64,000 bases of DNA. Source: a virus. Taxonomy: Duplodnaviria; Heunggongvirae; Uroviricota; Caudoviricetes. The notes beneath the pieces were generated by a model. The model saw nothing but the letters and a program-made list of their open reading frames with translations, was not told the origin of the DNA and ran no database searches. Both the position numbers and the translations under genes were made by a program. The stretch is taken from the IMG/VR virus record IMGVR_UViG_3300029998_000014; one strand, 5' to 3'. Positions within the stretch are counted from its first letter, which is position 1. Each line of letters opens with the position of its first letter. Positions 18,024 to 28,374 of the stretch are shown here, piece by piece.

Positions 18024-18236
18024 TTAATTAAGAAATTGTTTAGAGAATTTTTGAATTGTTCTGATAATAGAATATAGCCAAAAAAACATTACTGCGATTG
18101 TGCCGATAAAACCGACAGCTACCAAAGTATTGCTTGGATAACTCACAAGAAAAGGTGCGACAATGCCGAACCACGCAAATAAAATAAGGAGATACCCTAT
18201 AATTTTTGCTACGAAAATAAAAATTAATTTTACCAT
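18024..18236 (-). CDS. Small membrane protein (possible NfeD-like partner of the SPFH protein)
   Basis: 70 aa, two TM helices, immediately downstream of the SPFH gene. Confidence 0.4.
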   Translation of the reverse strand: MVKLIFIFVAKIIGYLLILFAWFGIVAPFLVSYPSNTLVAVGFIGTIAVMFFWLYSIIRTIQKFSKQFLN

Positions 18237-18568
18237 TTTTTGTTTAAAAATTTAAGGATTCGACCTGGCTTGTAATAGATTTCTTCATCAAGTAATAACC
18301 TTATCAGCATATACATGAAAAAACATACTCCAAGAGTATTTATAATAGGAATAAATGTAATCACCATTCCTAATGCATAAAATCCTATTGTACCTTGAAC
18401 TTTTTCAAGATAATTAGGATCTTCATAAAGTTTTACTTTTACGATATACATTATATATATCATTAAAAGAATTGAAATAAAATAAATTAACCACATATAA
18501 TTAAATTTAGTTTGAATTTGAAGTTCCGTTTGGATTAATAAGATCGTCCATACGTTTAAGATCATCAA
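18230..18568 (-). CDS. Membrane protein
   Basis: 112 aa, multiple hydrophobic helices. Confidence 0.4.
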   Translation of the reverse strand: MMILNVWTILLIQTELQIQTKFNYMWLIYFISILLMIYIMYIVKVKLYEDPNYLEKVQGTIGFYALGMVITFIPIINTLGVCFFMYMLIRLLLDEEIYYKPGRILKFLNKKW

Positions 18569-18782
18569 TCTTTTTAGTCATTAATACAGCAGTTTCTGGA
18601 TTAGGTGCAATGTTTTTAGCCATGACTAATGAACATACTACTTCTAATCTTTTATAAGCTTGTGCTTTATCGGTTGCTGTTTTATACCCATTTAGAGCAC
18701 CATCAAGCAATTCAATAATTTTTTCTACAGACATAGTTGATGCTACCATCAATATTGTCTTTCCGTTATCGTTATTCGTCAT
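18507..18782 (-). CDS. Hypothetical protein
   Basis: 91-aa ORF. Confidence 0.4.
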   Translation of the reverse strand: MTNNDNGKTILMVASTMSVEKIIELLDGALNGYKTATDKAQAYKRLEVVCSLVMAKNIAPNPETAVLMTKKIDDLKRMDDLINPNGTSNSN

Positions 18783-19119
18783 CTTTTTCTTTAATTACTT
18801 TATAAATTTCTTTTAATACTTTCTGTAATTCAATTAATTGTTTTTTAGAACTAACTACTAAGTATGCTAATTCTCTTTTGTTAAAGATAGATTCAATCAA
18901 CTCTGTTTCTTCTGACAATGTTGAACAATCTATATCTTTTAATTTTGCAAACTTATCAGGTGATGGTTTTTCAACTCCACACCCTCTCAATGAACTATCT
19001 TCTTCATGATTATAAGGCTTGCTGTTTGCAATAAAATTTTCTAATGCTGTAATTAAATCATTATCAGTTGCTGATTGATTATCTAAAATTACATCAATTA
19101 ATTTAATTCTGTTTAACAC
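18772..19119 (-). CDS. Paralog family C, member 1 (unknown)
   Basis: The C-terminal motif IESIFNKRELAYLVVSS matches IEEIEKTLTKRELALCIAK (22729..23196) and VEQIEKTMTKRETAYALVCS (23623..23985). Confidence 0.5.
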   Translation of the reverse strand: MLNRIKLIDVILDNQSATDNDLITALENFIANSKPYNHEEDSSLRGCGVEKPSPDKFAKLKDIDCSTLSEETELIESIFNKRELAYLVVSSKKQLIELQKVLKEIYKVIKEKDDE

Positions 19120-19224
19120 GTATTACGCTCTTTAATATTTTTTTCATCTTTATCTATGTGTTTTTTAATTATTTTTGTTCCGCACCGTATTTCTACGGAT
19201 TGGAATCAAAAACAAAATGAAATG

Positions 19225-19283
19225 GAGGGATAGAGAGATTCAAACTCCCGACCCTAGGCTCTTTTCGGCTGAGCTATATCCCT
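19225..19283 (-). tRNA. Truncated tRNA-like element lacking an anticodon arm (pseudo-tRNA?)
   Basis: Perfect acceptor (AGGGATA/TATCCCT), D arm GCTC-AGCCGAAAA-GAGC and T arm GGGAG-TTTGAAT-CTCTC, but only 8 nt lie between the D and T arms. Confidence 0.3.
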
Positions 19284-19600
19284 CTTTTTAATTGATTCAC
19301 TAATGCATCAAAAGCACTAATACGTGGTTTAGCATTATGTACATCCCACCAATAAGTGATAGTTATTAACTGACACTTAGGTTCTTCGAAATTATACTGT
19401 GATGCTAATTTACACACGTTTTCATAAGTAAATGTTGGAAGAAAATCATCTATCTCAAAAATTGAGGATTTATAACCCTTATCTTTAAGAGTGATATTCA
19501 AACTCCAACACATACTACAGAAATTCAAAGCATTCTGATAGATTAAATACCTAGCTTTAGCTTCTTCAAATATTGCTATTTGATCATTTACGGGAATCAT
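19274..19600 (-). CDS. Hypothetical protein (3' end overlaps the tRNA-like element)
   Basis: 108-aa ORF. Confidence 0.4.
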   Translation of the reverse strand: MIPVNDQIAIFEEAKARYLIYQNALNFCSMCWSLNITLKDKGYKSSIFEIDDFLPTFTYENVCKLASQYNFEEPKCQLITITYWWDVHNAKPRISAFDALVNQLKRGI

Positions 19601-19931
19601 TCTTTTTTGGTTTAACGAGTTCTTTGTTTAAAAACTTACCAATAGGAGTAAATATAGTCGGTTTATCAAATTTACCAAATACTTCACTCCAACCTTCTAA
19701 TGATATTTGTACAGCCAACCAAATTAATGAAACGAATATACAAGCAACATTGGCAAAAGGTATAATTGATATGCTTACAATTAACATTAATGTCCAAACT
19801 TTTAAACCTATAGGTTTAAATTCATCTGGACTATAATAATCAAAATCATCTGCAACTTTGGGTACTCTTACGTACCAAATAAAATAAATAAGTGCGATAA
19901 ACGGAAATCCAAATAACATAAATACTCCCAT
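19584..19931 (-). CDS. Membrane protein
   Basis: 115 aa, 3 hydrophobic helices. Confidence 0.45.
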   Translation of the reverse strand: MGVFMLFGFPFIALIYFIWYVRVPKVADDFDYYSPDEFKPIGLKVWTLMLIVSISIIPFANVACIFVSLIWLAVQISLEGWSEVFGKFDKPTIFTPIGKFLNKELVKPKKNDSRK

Positions 19932-19944
19932 AACTTTTTAAATT

Positions 19945-20370
19945 TTAAAAACGTTCTTTTTTACGCACATTAAAACGTTCACCATCAGTAGACGCTAACG
20001 TGTGTTGAGCTTCTGCAGCAGTGTTATCTGATGCATCACCTTCACTACTGTCGTCATAAGGATCTCCCCCATTCAGACCTTCTAATTGTTCACGCGCTTC
20101 TTGAATTTTCCTCAAGAATTCTGACATATCGCCAACTCCACCTTTACCTGTACCTTCACCTTCTCCATCACCTTGTCCGTCTCCTTCCTCAGGTAAATGA
20201 ATATAGTCTCTTGTAATTGTAATTTTACGGGGGATAATAGCAATAACTTCTTCTACTTGTTCTTCAACAACATCTTCACTTTCAGATAAAGCAATTCCAT
20301 CATCTTGAACTATGACAGCAGGAAACGTATCAAACGTTTCAACTGCGTCATATACAACTTCTTCTTCCAT
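19945..20370 (-). CDS. Acidic hypothetical protein
   Basis: 141 aa; D/E-rich with a GDGEGEGTGKGG segment. Confidence 0.45.
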   Translation of the reverse strand: MEEEVVYDAVETFDTFPAVIVQDDGIALSESEDVVEEQVEEVIAIIPRKITITRDYIHLPEEGDGQGDGEGEGTGKGGVGDMSEFLRKIQEAREQLEGLNGGDPYDDSSEGDASDNTAAEAQHTLASTDGERFNVRKKERF

Positions 20371-20382
20371 AATTTTTACTTG

Positions 20383-21207
20383 TTAACGGAGCATGCCGAT
20401 TTTTAATATTTTACTTACTAAAGGTGATCCTTCTTGATGTCCAGCTTGATCTAACAAGATATTTCCACCAATAACATCATACATAGTACCTAAATCTCTG
20501 ATAATTCTACTTTGATCTAGGAATGTTCCAATACGTCTTTGATCTCCAGATGCCGAATATCCATTGAATAATGTCATTCTGAAGAATTCTCTATGAGATG
20601 CTGCTAAGATCTCCCGAAAGTTTAATTTTTCAGAAGATTTAGCAACATTTACCATAACGTAAGAAGCTTTGTTACCAATTGCTTGTGTATCTGAATCAAA
20701 CATATCAATGTTAACACTTATGTTCATTGCTTGACACATAAGAATGGTTTTCAAAATCTTAGTAAACGAACCACTATAGTTACCTCCAACGAAGGTACCT
20801 ACTTGGAATGCCATATTAAGAGTTTGTTTTTTAGCTCCAGGCATAGATTTCTTAAAAATCTTATCACAATTAGAAGCATAATGAGACATTGACAAATTAC
20901 CACTAAATTTATTTAAGTCGAACTTACGTTTCTGACTCTTACCTTTATAAACAAGTTCAAGAAATTCCTTGTCAATAGACAATTCTTTCTGAGCCTTATT
21001 TACAAGAGCTATTTTACTTTTAGTAAATGTCGCACGTTCTTCAAAATATCTCCTTGCCGATTCTGGTTCTTCTCTGACTGTACTCATACCTAAACCTCTA
21101 GGGTTTGTAGTAATATCGTCAAATTCAAAGATAGCTTGTAAAGATTCAAATCTTACAAAGTTAGCTCCAGATGGAAGTACTTTTGATACAAACTTTGGCG
21201 TACTCAT
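20383..21207 (-). CDS. Hypothetical protein
   Basis: 274-aa ORF; abuts the AAA ATPase gene. Confidence 0.5.
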   Translation of the reverse strand: MSTPKFVSKVLPSGANFVRFESLQAIFEFDDITTNPRGLGMSTVREEPESARRYFEERATFTKSKIALVNKAQKELSIDKEFLELVYKGKSQKRKFDLNKFSGNLSMSHYASNCDKIFKKSMPGAKKQTLNMAFQVGTFVGGNYSGSFTKILKTILMCQAMNISVNIDMFDSDTQAIGNKASYVMVNVAKSSEKLNFREILAASHREFFRMTLFNGYSASGDQRRIGTFLDQSRIIRDLGTMYDVIGGNILLDQAGHQEGSPLVSKILKIGMLR

Positions 21208-22463
21208 TATGCTACAACTTGCATTTCACGGTTAACAGCTTTTGCACCTTCTTCATCCATATCTTCCAATACCATCTTCAAAATAGTTTGAGTTGTTACA
21301 CCCGCTCTAATTAAGTTAGACATATCTTCAATATTTCTGGTAGATAAATAACTACCGGTCTTTTCTAATGATGCTCTCAATTTAGTTGCGAAATTATGAT
21401 GAGGTCCCATTAATTCTTTTTCAAGACTTAAGTGATACCCAACATGATGACGACAAAAACGGAACCTGTCCATTAATGCTAAATCTTGAAAGTCACGACC
21501 AGAATACTCGATAGACCCTTTACCCCAGGTATTACCACACATTACAAGATGGAAGTCTTTGTGTTTCTGTGCAATAGGTTTGTCATCGCGGTGAGGAATA
21601 GAAATAAACTTTGATGAATCTGCGATACCATTAAAGAATAAGGCCATATCACCTGACATTGCATCATACTCATCCACCAAGAAAATACCTCCATTTTCAT
21701 AAGCTTTCAAGAACGTAGTTTCCAAATATGTTTCAGATCTTGGTTGTTTATAACCAATCAAATCATGCACAGATGAATCTCTCGAACAAGAATACTTGTA
21801 AAAATCTAAGCCCATTCTATCGGATAAAGATGCAATCATATAAGTTTTACCAGTACCTGCAGGACCAACTAACATAGCTTTGTGGTGTAGGTTAAGTGAC
21901 TTAACTACATCAGCTAATACAGGGTGATCTGAATGCTGGATACTAACATCAACCATACCAGGCATAGTAATAGTGGTGTGACCACGTCTTACTTCAGCAA
22001 GTAAACTTGTTCTGATATCACGGAAAATAAGATCTACTTGATTCTTATATTCCTTTACTCGTTGTTCAGTGACTGTGTTTAAGTTAGTTGTTAACTCAAC
22101 ATATTTTTGGTCCGTTTCATCCAAACGTTCCGCAAACATTTCATCAATCTCTTTAGACAAGCGTTGTAAATCAAATTCAGGAACAGGGATAGATTCAATA
22201 GGACCTCTCACAGGTATATTCTGCCGTGCAGGTGGTCTTGATGAAACTTCTTCACCAACATAATACTTAGGTGTGATGGTCCAAGAGTCAAATCTAAAAG
22301 ATTGTCCTTGTTCACAAGACGTAATAAACGCACCATCAATGGTTTTACCCAATAAATAGTTCATTTTCTTTTGTCCATTCCATCCCACGGGAGTACCAGT
22401 TGTTGTTGCCCACAATCCTTCTCTCGTAAATTCTTCCTCTGTTTTAAATCTCCACTTTTTCAT
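21207..22463 (-). CDS. AAA (MoxR/AAA_5-like) ATPase
   Basis: Walker A LVGPAGTGKT and Walker B FLVDEYD. Confidence 0.6.
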   Translation of the reverse strand: MKKWRFKTEEEFTREGLWATTTGTPVGWNGQKKMNYLLGKTIDGAFITSCEQGQSFRFDSWTITPKYYVGEEVSSRPPARQNIPVRGPIESIPVPEFDLQRLSKEIDEMFAERLDETDQKYVELTTNLNTVTEQRVKEYKNQVDLIFRDIRTSLLAEVRRGHTTITMPGMVDVSIQHSDHPVLADVVKSLNLHHKAMLVGPAGTGKTYMIASLSDRMGLDFYKYSCSRDSSVHDLIGYKQPRSETYLETTFLKAYENGGIFLVDEYDAMSGDMALFFNGIADSSKFISIPHRDDKPIAQKHKDFHLVMCGNTWGKGSIEYSGRDFQDLALMDRFRFCRHHVGYHLSLEKELMGPHHNFATKLRASLEKTGSYLSTRNIEDMSNLIRAGVTTQTILKMVLEDMDEEGAKAVNREMQVVA

Positions 22464-22514
22464 TAATCTTCTTTCTTTTATTTATAATCATTATTTTTTC
22501 TGTTCATGTGATAA

Positions 22515-22727
22515 TCAGTCACATGTAATATTTGATGGGGGCATAAACCACCCTTTATACCTAAATCCTCCGAAACGTATATCATACTCAATAGTATCAT
22601 CAATAAGTTGTCCTATTAATGGATTCATAAGTTTTCTAATGTTCCAGTGTAAGGGAGTTTCATATTCATAGTTCCATAAACAATCTCGTATGAATTCCTC
22701 TTTAGTTTTAATTCTTATTATACTCAT
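22515..22727 (-). CDS. Hypothetical protein
   Basis: 70-aa ORF. Confidence 0.35.
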   Translation of the reverse strand: MSIIRIKTKEEFIRDCLWNYEYETPLHWNIRKLMNPLIGQLIDDTIEYDIRFGGFRYKGWFMPPSNITCD

Positions 22728-22728
22728 T

Positions 22729-23196
22729 TTAATTCAAATTGAAACCTTTAAATTTTGTACAAGTTGGTTTCTTTCTGCATTTCCAGCATTCAGAATCATC
22801 TTCTTCTTTACAGTCAGATGAAGAATTACGCGGTGTTCCAAACATTTTATCTTTACCTTCTCTTGAATTCATGATTTCAGATAAAAGTTGTTTTAGTTCT
22901 TCAGGCATATCATCTTCGTCAACTACAACTTTACAGTGTTCTTTTGCGATACAAAGTGCAAGTTCACGTTTGGTAAGAGTTTTTTCAATTTCTTCAATTG
23001 CATGTGTAATAGAACCTCTTGTTTCTAATTTAAGAATAATAGGTTCGTGTAATCCACATGACTCAAATCCAGGTTTATCACTATTGTGATCAAAAGGTCT
23101 AACTTTAGCTAATTCAGCTTCAATAGCCACAACTAGATCTTTACCTTCTAAACTTGAATTACATAGTTCGATAATTTTTTGTTTTTCTTTTGACAT
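22729..23196 (-). CDS. Paralog family C, member 2, with a C-terminal Cys cluster
   Basis: IEEIEKTLTKRELALCIAKEHC; the C-terminus carries CWKCRKKPTC. Confidence 0.5.
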   Translation of the reverse strand: MSKEKQKIIELCNSSLEGKDLVVAIEAELAKVRPFDHNSDKPGFESCGLHEPIILKLETRGSITHAIEEIEKTLTKRELALCIAKEHCKVVVDEDDMPEELKQLLSEIMNSREGKDKMFGTPRNSSSDCKEEDDSECWKCRKKPTCTKFKGFNLN

Positions 23197-23561
23197 TATA
23201 ATAATGTTTTAAGTTTATTATTTGGTGTGAAATCATATTTGTCTAATTCAACAATCATATCTTTAAGTATTTCAGAAGTTAAAGGTTCAGAACCAATAAC
23301 TTCTACAATACCTGCTTCTGCAGTATCAAACATAATATGCAGTTTTATTTTTAATTGTTGACTATGAACATACTTAGCAATCATATTGTTTTTCTTAGTA
23401 TATCCACAGAAATATAAACTTCCCATTATGATATAAAACGAACAACAGTTTTGGACACTTGTAAAACAAAAACAGCACCAAAGAAAGCAACCAATAAGAT
23501 TGGATATTTTTCTGGATGACATGCTGCAAATACAGTAATTAAGCCCATTAATAATGACCAA
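23196..23561 (-). CDS. Membrane protein
   Basis: 121 aa, Cys-rich hydrophobic N-terminus. Confidence 0.4.
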   Translation of the reverse strand: MVIINGLNYCICSMSSRKISNLIGCFLWCCFCFTSVQNCCSFYIIMGSLYFCGYTKKNNMIAKYVHSQQLKIKLHIMFDTAEAGIVEVIGSEPLTSEILKDMIVELDKYDFTPNNKLKTLL

Positions 23562-23622
23562 AATACTTCGATAATTTTAATTTTTGTTGTTGACATTTGT
23601 TTTATATTTAAAAAGTTAAATA

Positions 23623-23985
23623 CTATTCATCTCTAAAATCTTCACCATCTTCTTGTTGTGATTTCATAATCATTTTAACAAGTGGATGTTGTGATATTTT
23701 TGTTATTTGTGCAATTGAACAAACTAATGCATACGCAGTTTCACGTTTGGTCATTGTTTTTTCAATTTGTTCAACGGCAACTGAAAGTTTACCGGCAAAT
23801 TCACCTTGTGGTAAAACATTACGTAAATCACGAATACCTAATGCTTCTTCTGATTTTCGTTCTTCATGTTTAATTGGGTGAAGTTTTGTTAATTCTTTTT
23901 CAACTAATAATGTGAATTCATCAATTGGGGTTTCACATTCATGGGCTAATTTAATAACCTCTACTAAATTTGTTACATCATACAT
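23623..23985 (-). CDS. Paralog family C, member 3
   Basis: VEQIEKTMTKRETAYALVCSIAQ. Confidence 0.5.
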   Translation of the reverse strand: MYDVTNLVEVIKLAHECETPIDEFTLLVEKELTKLHPIKHEERKSEEALGIRDLRNVLPQGEFAGKLSVAVEQIEKTMTKRETAYALVCSIAQITKISQHPLVKMIMKSQQEDGEDFRDE

Positions 23986-24065
23986 TTCTTTTTATCATTT
24001 TGTGTTTAACCTACACGAATTGTGTAACGCACTAAGCTTAATAACTTTATACTCCCTTAGTGGAG

Positions 24066-24107
24066 TTAAAACGAGGATGCTATAGAATCGTGATCCCATA
24101 GCATCCC
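24066..24107 (-). terminator. Candidate rho-independent terminator
   Basis: Minus-sense GGATGCTAT-(14 nt loop)-ATAGCATCC followed by TCGTTTTAAC. Confidence 0.45.
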
Positions 24108-24115
24108 TATTCTAT

Positions 24116-26269
24116 TTAGATAATTGTTGAGATTTTCAACAACTTTTTCTTCTTATCAATACTTTTAAAAGCATTAGGTGATAACATTTCACAAGTTGTT
24201 CTATATAAACCACCTACTTTACGTAATTTCTCTAATTGAACTTTTAATTCTTCAGTAGATAAAACTGTGGTTGGCTCAAAAAAAGGTTTAATGTGCTTAA
24301 CTTCTTGTTTTTCATACTCATCTTTATTAATAAAGAAAGTTTGATTTCCAACAGATACTGGAATAGAATCTAAAGTTCTAGCAAAAGCTTCTGCTTCTCC
24401 TAAAGTTTTAAACCATTTTAATCCAATAGAATCTTTATTTCCAGACCAATTCACACCTTTAAGATGAATTGCTTTAGGAGAATCAAATTTAAAACATGAT
24501 TCACTAATACCAATTCCAATATCACCTTTTTTCATAATAGATACACCTACAGGATCATTATCAATTGCAACAAAATAACCAAATTCACTAAGTTTTTCAA
24601 TAATGATTTTATCAGGATGTTCTTTAGGAAGATATTGTTGAATTTCAGATAAATCAGTAATTAAAACTGGAGTATAATCTTTTAAACTTAAATATCCTTT
24701 TTTATCATGAAATTTAGAATCTGTATTTATATTTTCACCCCAAAACTGATAAGAATTTTCTAAATGTGAAAATTTACTAATCCAAACACCTAATTTATAC
24801 CATTTACCAACTTCAAATCTAGATACTTCTTTAGCCCAAACACCGTTATTAAATATCCTTGCACTAGCATTAGCACGTACAGGATTTGGATCAACAGGAA
24901 TATAAATTTGAGTACTTTTATTATTGAAACTAAGATTATAATTCTTAATATCAAAATCTAAAGTATTACGTAAATCAGTAAATCTTTTAAGAGGATATCT
25001 CTTTAGTATTTCTGTTTTAAATAACTCATGAGAATCATATTCAGAAGTTGGAATTAAACCTTCTTCAGAAAATCCTTCAGATTCAAACCATTGTCCTTTA
25101 TGAAATCCCCAAACAGAGTTTCTATGATACAAATGAACGATGTAATCTTTCTTTTTATACCATTGCCCCCAAGGTAAATCTTTTTTAATAGGTTCAACAA
25201 ATGGAGTAGTATCTTCAGGAATTTTTTCAGCCCATTTACCAGTATAAGCATTATAAATAATACCATTAGTGCCATTATCTTTAGTACCGATATTTCCACT
25301 ACTATTAAATTTAGGAATATCTTTAACACATATACCTGTAATTGAAACTAAACCTGAAGTTGCAGAATTAAATTTAGTACCAATAGGATATTCTTTAATG
25401 GCACGTTCTAATAATGCAATTTTTGGATCTATAGGTTTTTCATCAGTTAAACGAGAAACTAATTCAAATTCCTCAAAAAATGTAGATGAATCACCAGCAA
25501 AACTAATTTTTTTACATTTTGAAAAATCAATATCAATTGTAAGAATTTCTCCAATTTTACGAGAAACATATCCATTTACATTACCAATACATTTTACTTT
25601 ATCACCAATTTTAAGAGTTTCATACCATTTAGGTTTATTGACTGAATAATTATTCTCTTTACACCAAACTTCAAATGATAAAATTTCATAAGAACTAGCT
25701 TTATTAGAAGTACTAAAAAATGAATTATTAGGAGAATTAATATCAATAATATCACCACACTCTCTATAACCAACTTTATCAATTCTTTTGAGCTTTGAAG
25801 CAGCAAAATCCCATTGTTGTTGATTAGCACAGTGAACACCTTTAGGTTTATCAATAAATTCAGTAAGTTTACACATTTGTTCATAATTCATATCAAATTC
25901 AAACGTGTTGACACAAACTGCACCAATTCTTGTTTTATTACAAATACGAACATTAATTTGTTCCATTTTTATAAAAACAAACTCTCTTTTAAGATAATTG
26001 ATAATAACAATTGTTTTTTTGCTTTTTTCTTTTTCCCATTTTTTGATTGCTTTGTATTGTCCACGTCCAACAGTTATTCTTGGAATAACATCACAACCTT
26101 CTGGTGGAATAATATATAGCAGATCACAGCCCAACATCTGCTCATTAGGATCAGCAGGATCATATTCAAATACGAGACATCCTCTTTTTTTAAGAATGTC
26201 TCGTATAATTTGAACATTAATCGGATTAGCAGATTTGGATGCTGAAAGAAATACTTTCAACTGTCCCAT
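24116..26269 (-). CDS. Large protein of unknown function with repeated YPIGT-type modules (paralog of 37726..40383)
   Basis: 717 aa. Shares EYPIGTKF.../RYPIGTKY... and ...KWFKTLGEAEAFARTL / KWFATKSEAEAFAKTQ motifs with the 885-aa ORF. Confidence 0.6.
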   Translation of the reverse strand: MGQLKVFLSASKSANPINVQIIRDILKKRGCLVFEYDPADPNEQMLGCDLLYIIPPEGCDVIPRITVGRGQYKAIKKWEKEKSKKTIVIINYLKREFVFIKMEQINVRICNKTRIGAVCVNTFEFDMNYEQMCKLTEFIDKPKGVHCANQQQWDFAASKLKRIDKVGYRECGDIIDINSPNNSFFSTSNKASSYEILSFEVWCKENNYSVNKPKWYETLKIGDKVKCIGNVNGYVSRKIGEILTIDIDFSKCKKISFAGDSSTFFEEFELVSRLTDEKPIDPKIALLERAIKEYPIGTKFNSATSGLVSITGICVKDIPKFNSSGNIGTKDNGTNGIIYNAYTGKWAEKIPEDTTPFVEPIKKDLPWGQWYKKKDYIVHLYHRNSVWGFHKGQWFESEGFSEEGLIPTSEYDSHELFKTEILKRYPLKRFTDLRNTLDFDIKNYNLSFNNKSTQIYIPVDPNPVRANASARIFNNGVWAKEVSRFEVGKWYKLGVWISKFSHLENSYQFWGENINTDSKFHDKKGYLSLKDYTPVLITDLSEIQQYLPKEHPDKIIIEKLSEFGYFVAIDNDPVGVSIMKKGDIGIGISESCFKFDSPKAIHLKGVNWSGNKDSIGLKWFKTLGEAEAFARTLDSIPVSVGNQTFFINKDEYEKQEVKHIKPFFEPTTVLSTEELKVQLEKLRKVGGLYRTTCEMLSPNAFKSIDKKKKLLKISTII

Positions 26270-26271
26270 AA

Positions 26272-26619
26272 CTACTCAGCTTTAGGTGCTTTTTCTTTAC
26301 CTTCTGAAAACCAATTTGTATAAGTTTTCTTAGCGACTTTCAAGTCAACTTCAGCGGCAAGTAATTCCACTTCAAGATCGTGAAGTTCAGCAGCCCATTT
26401 TTCTGCGTTGAAACCTGGTTTTACAACTTGTAGAGATAAAGTTGTTTCCGGTGATAAATCAGATAATTGAGTAATTTGACGTTTGATGTCACGAACTTTC
26501 TTTTCGTTGGCACGTACGATTTCTTCAGTAGCGATTTTACAATCTTCTGCTACGTCTTTGGCTCTTTGAGCTTGAATTGCTTCTGGCTTACCAGCCAACA
26601 TTGCTTCAAATTTATTCAT
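26272..26619 (-). CDS. Hypothetical coiled-coil protein
   Basis: 115-aa ORF. Confidence 0.45.
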   Translation of the reverse strand: MNKFEAMLAGKPEAIQAQRAKDVAEDCKIATEEIVRANEKKVRDIKRQITQLSDLSPETTLSLQVVKPGFNAEKWAAELHDLEVELLAAEVDLKVAKKTYTNWFSEGKEKAPKAE

Positions 26620-26628
26620 TGTTTTTAA

Positions 26629-27561
26629 TTATTTAAGAGAATTAATAATGTTTTCTTTTTTCGATTTAAACACTTGTTCTGTGTGATCAGATGTAAATCC
26701 GTATTCAGCAACTAAGTGAGGACATTTCATAACCTTATTATACAAATTGTTAGGAAATGTATCTAACATAATATTGTTAGCTGCGGCAATAGTTTGACAT
26801 TCTTTTTCAAGATTAAAATAGCCTTCACGTTGAGATTCAATAAAGTTACTTAGGTCTACATAGAATCGAGTAAATTGATCATAAGGAATTTGTTGATTTT
26901 CTTGCATCCATTTCCAGGTTACATTTTGACCATCTTTACGATTTTCCATAATGATTTTAGTTACTTGAATGAACATATCTTTGTCCATACCGGTAATCTT
27001 TTCTTTAGTTGAATAAGTTTTCCACATTTTATCAAAAAAACCTTTCTTTTCTTTAACCTTTTGGTCAAGAGCGTGTGTATAAGTTACATTTTGATTATAA
27101 ACAACGGATGCTTTTTCAAAGTGACCATAAGCGATAGTACCAATCCAATATAGACCAAATATAATCACTAAACCAATAAAGTATTTCTTAACTGAAAACT
27201 TTTTATCGGGAACATCATCATCATCATCTTCAATTATATTATCTGTAAACGGTCCATCTTCACCTGTTCCATTACAGATCAGTTGAATTACATACAACAT
27301 ACAAGCAACACCTGAGAAGATGTACCAAACGATGTTAAACATGATATGAAATGCCCCAAAGGAACCATTTAAATCATGAGGGAATTCCATGTAATAAGTT
27401 AAACACGAAATAAAAAGAATCACTGAACATATCAATCCACCTAATAAGGCAAATTGACCTTTTGTAAATTTTGTTTTCATTGTTTTTGTTTTGTTTTGTT
27501 TTGATTTAAAAATTGAAATGCATTCCATAGCCTTACATAGTGGCAGTATAAAGAGTTTCAC
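26629..27561 (-). CDS. Integral membrane protein
   Basis: 310 aa; 4 or more hydrophobic helices in the N-terminal half. Confidence 0.5.
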   Translation of the reverse strand: MKLFILPLCKAMECISIFKSKQNKTKTMKTKFTKGQFALLGGLICSVILFISCLTYYMEFPHDLNGSFGAFHIMFNIVWYIFSGVACMLYVIQLICNGTGEDGPFTDNIIEDDDDDVPDKKFSVKKYFIGLVIIFGLYWIGTIAYGHFEKASVVYNQNVTYTHALDQKVKEKKGFFDKMWKTYSTKEKITGMDKDMFIQVTKIIMENRKDGQNVTWKWMQENQQIPYDQFTRFYVDLSNFIESQREGYFNLEKECQTIAAANNIMLDTFPNNLYNKVMKCPHLVAEYGFTSDHTEQVFKSKKENIINSLK

Positions 27562-27631
27562 CTATATACCAAACCATCCACTATTCAGAGGGTTCCTATA
27601 TGCTAACCGAGAGTTACGCGCTTCCTTTCAA

Positions 27632-28374
27632 TTAAATTTCGACAGCTAAATACATATTAAGTAAGGATTGATGTCCATTACCTAATGATCCAACTGGTCG
27701 TGTATTATTTTGTAAATCAATATACGAGAATTTACCGGATGTTTCATCATATAATAATGATACAATGTTTAATCCATCTTCTTTAAGTTTTTCAGTTAAT
27801 CCTGCTGAAAGATCTTTAACAGTCATTGCAAAATTCTGAATAGTAAGACAATGAAGTAAATCAAATAACATACAATGTTTAAGAATTTCACCTTTTGGTA
27901 ATACTTTAAATAATGTAAGAATTGATTCCATTGCAGTAAATAATCGAGTTGTGGTTGACATGTATTTTGGATAGGTGCCCTCTTTAACATCAGCATTATA
28001 TGTTACAAGAAGTTCTTTAACTTTGCCTTCTACAATACGACAACTAAATGTTCCATTTTCAAAAACACAGTCATTTTACCTGATATTTCTTCAGGATTAA
28101 TAAACGTATGATTGAATATAAATTGACACAAATCTTCACCAGTTTCACCAATATAACCTAAGTCAGCAAACATTCCTGAATACTTACCTAAATCAATAAA
28201 TGTAAACATTGAAGAAAAATATACAATTTTATTAATCATTGTTTTACCTGAACCATTTTCACCACACATTAAAGACAATGATCTTAATTCCATTGTACTT
28301 ATATGCATTTTTAATGGTTGATCAAGCTCGCATTCAATGTTACGAGCTTGACCTAATGCTGTTTTGTCAACCAT
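27632..28374 (-). CDS. Walker-A NTPase split across two frames (candidate -1 frameshift or homopolymer error at the T5 run near 28050-28060)
   Basis: The upstream ORF (28030..28374) has GENGSGKT. The downstream ORF (27632..27961) continues in the -1 frame, which is open back to 28075. The two frames overlap at GTG TTT TTG AAA. Confidence 0.45.

Noticed and set aside
25054-26213. Several plus- and minus-strand ORFs (25054..25329, 25269..25649, 25594..25884, 25814..26119, 25998..26213) inside the 717-aa gene
   Set aside because: They are antisense or out-of-frame shadow ORFs typical of AT-rich sequence. The long 24116..26269 frame explains the region.
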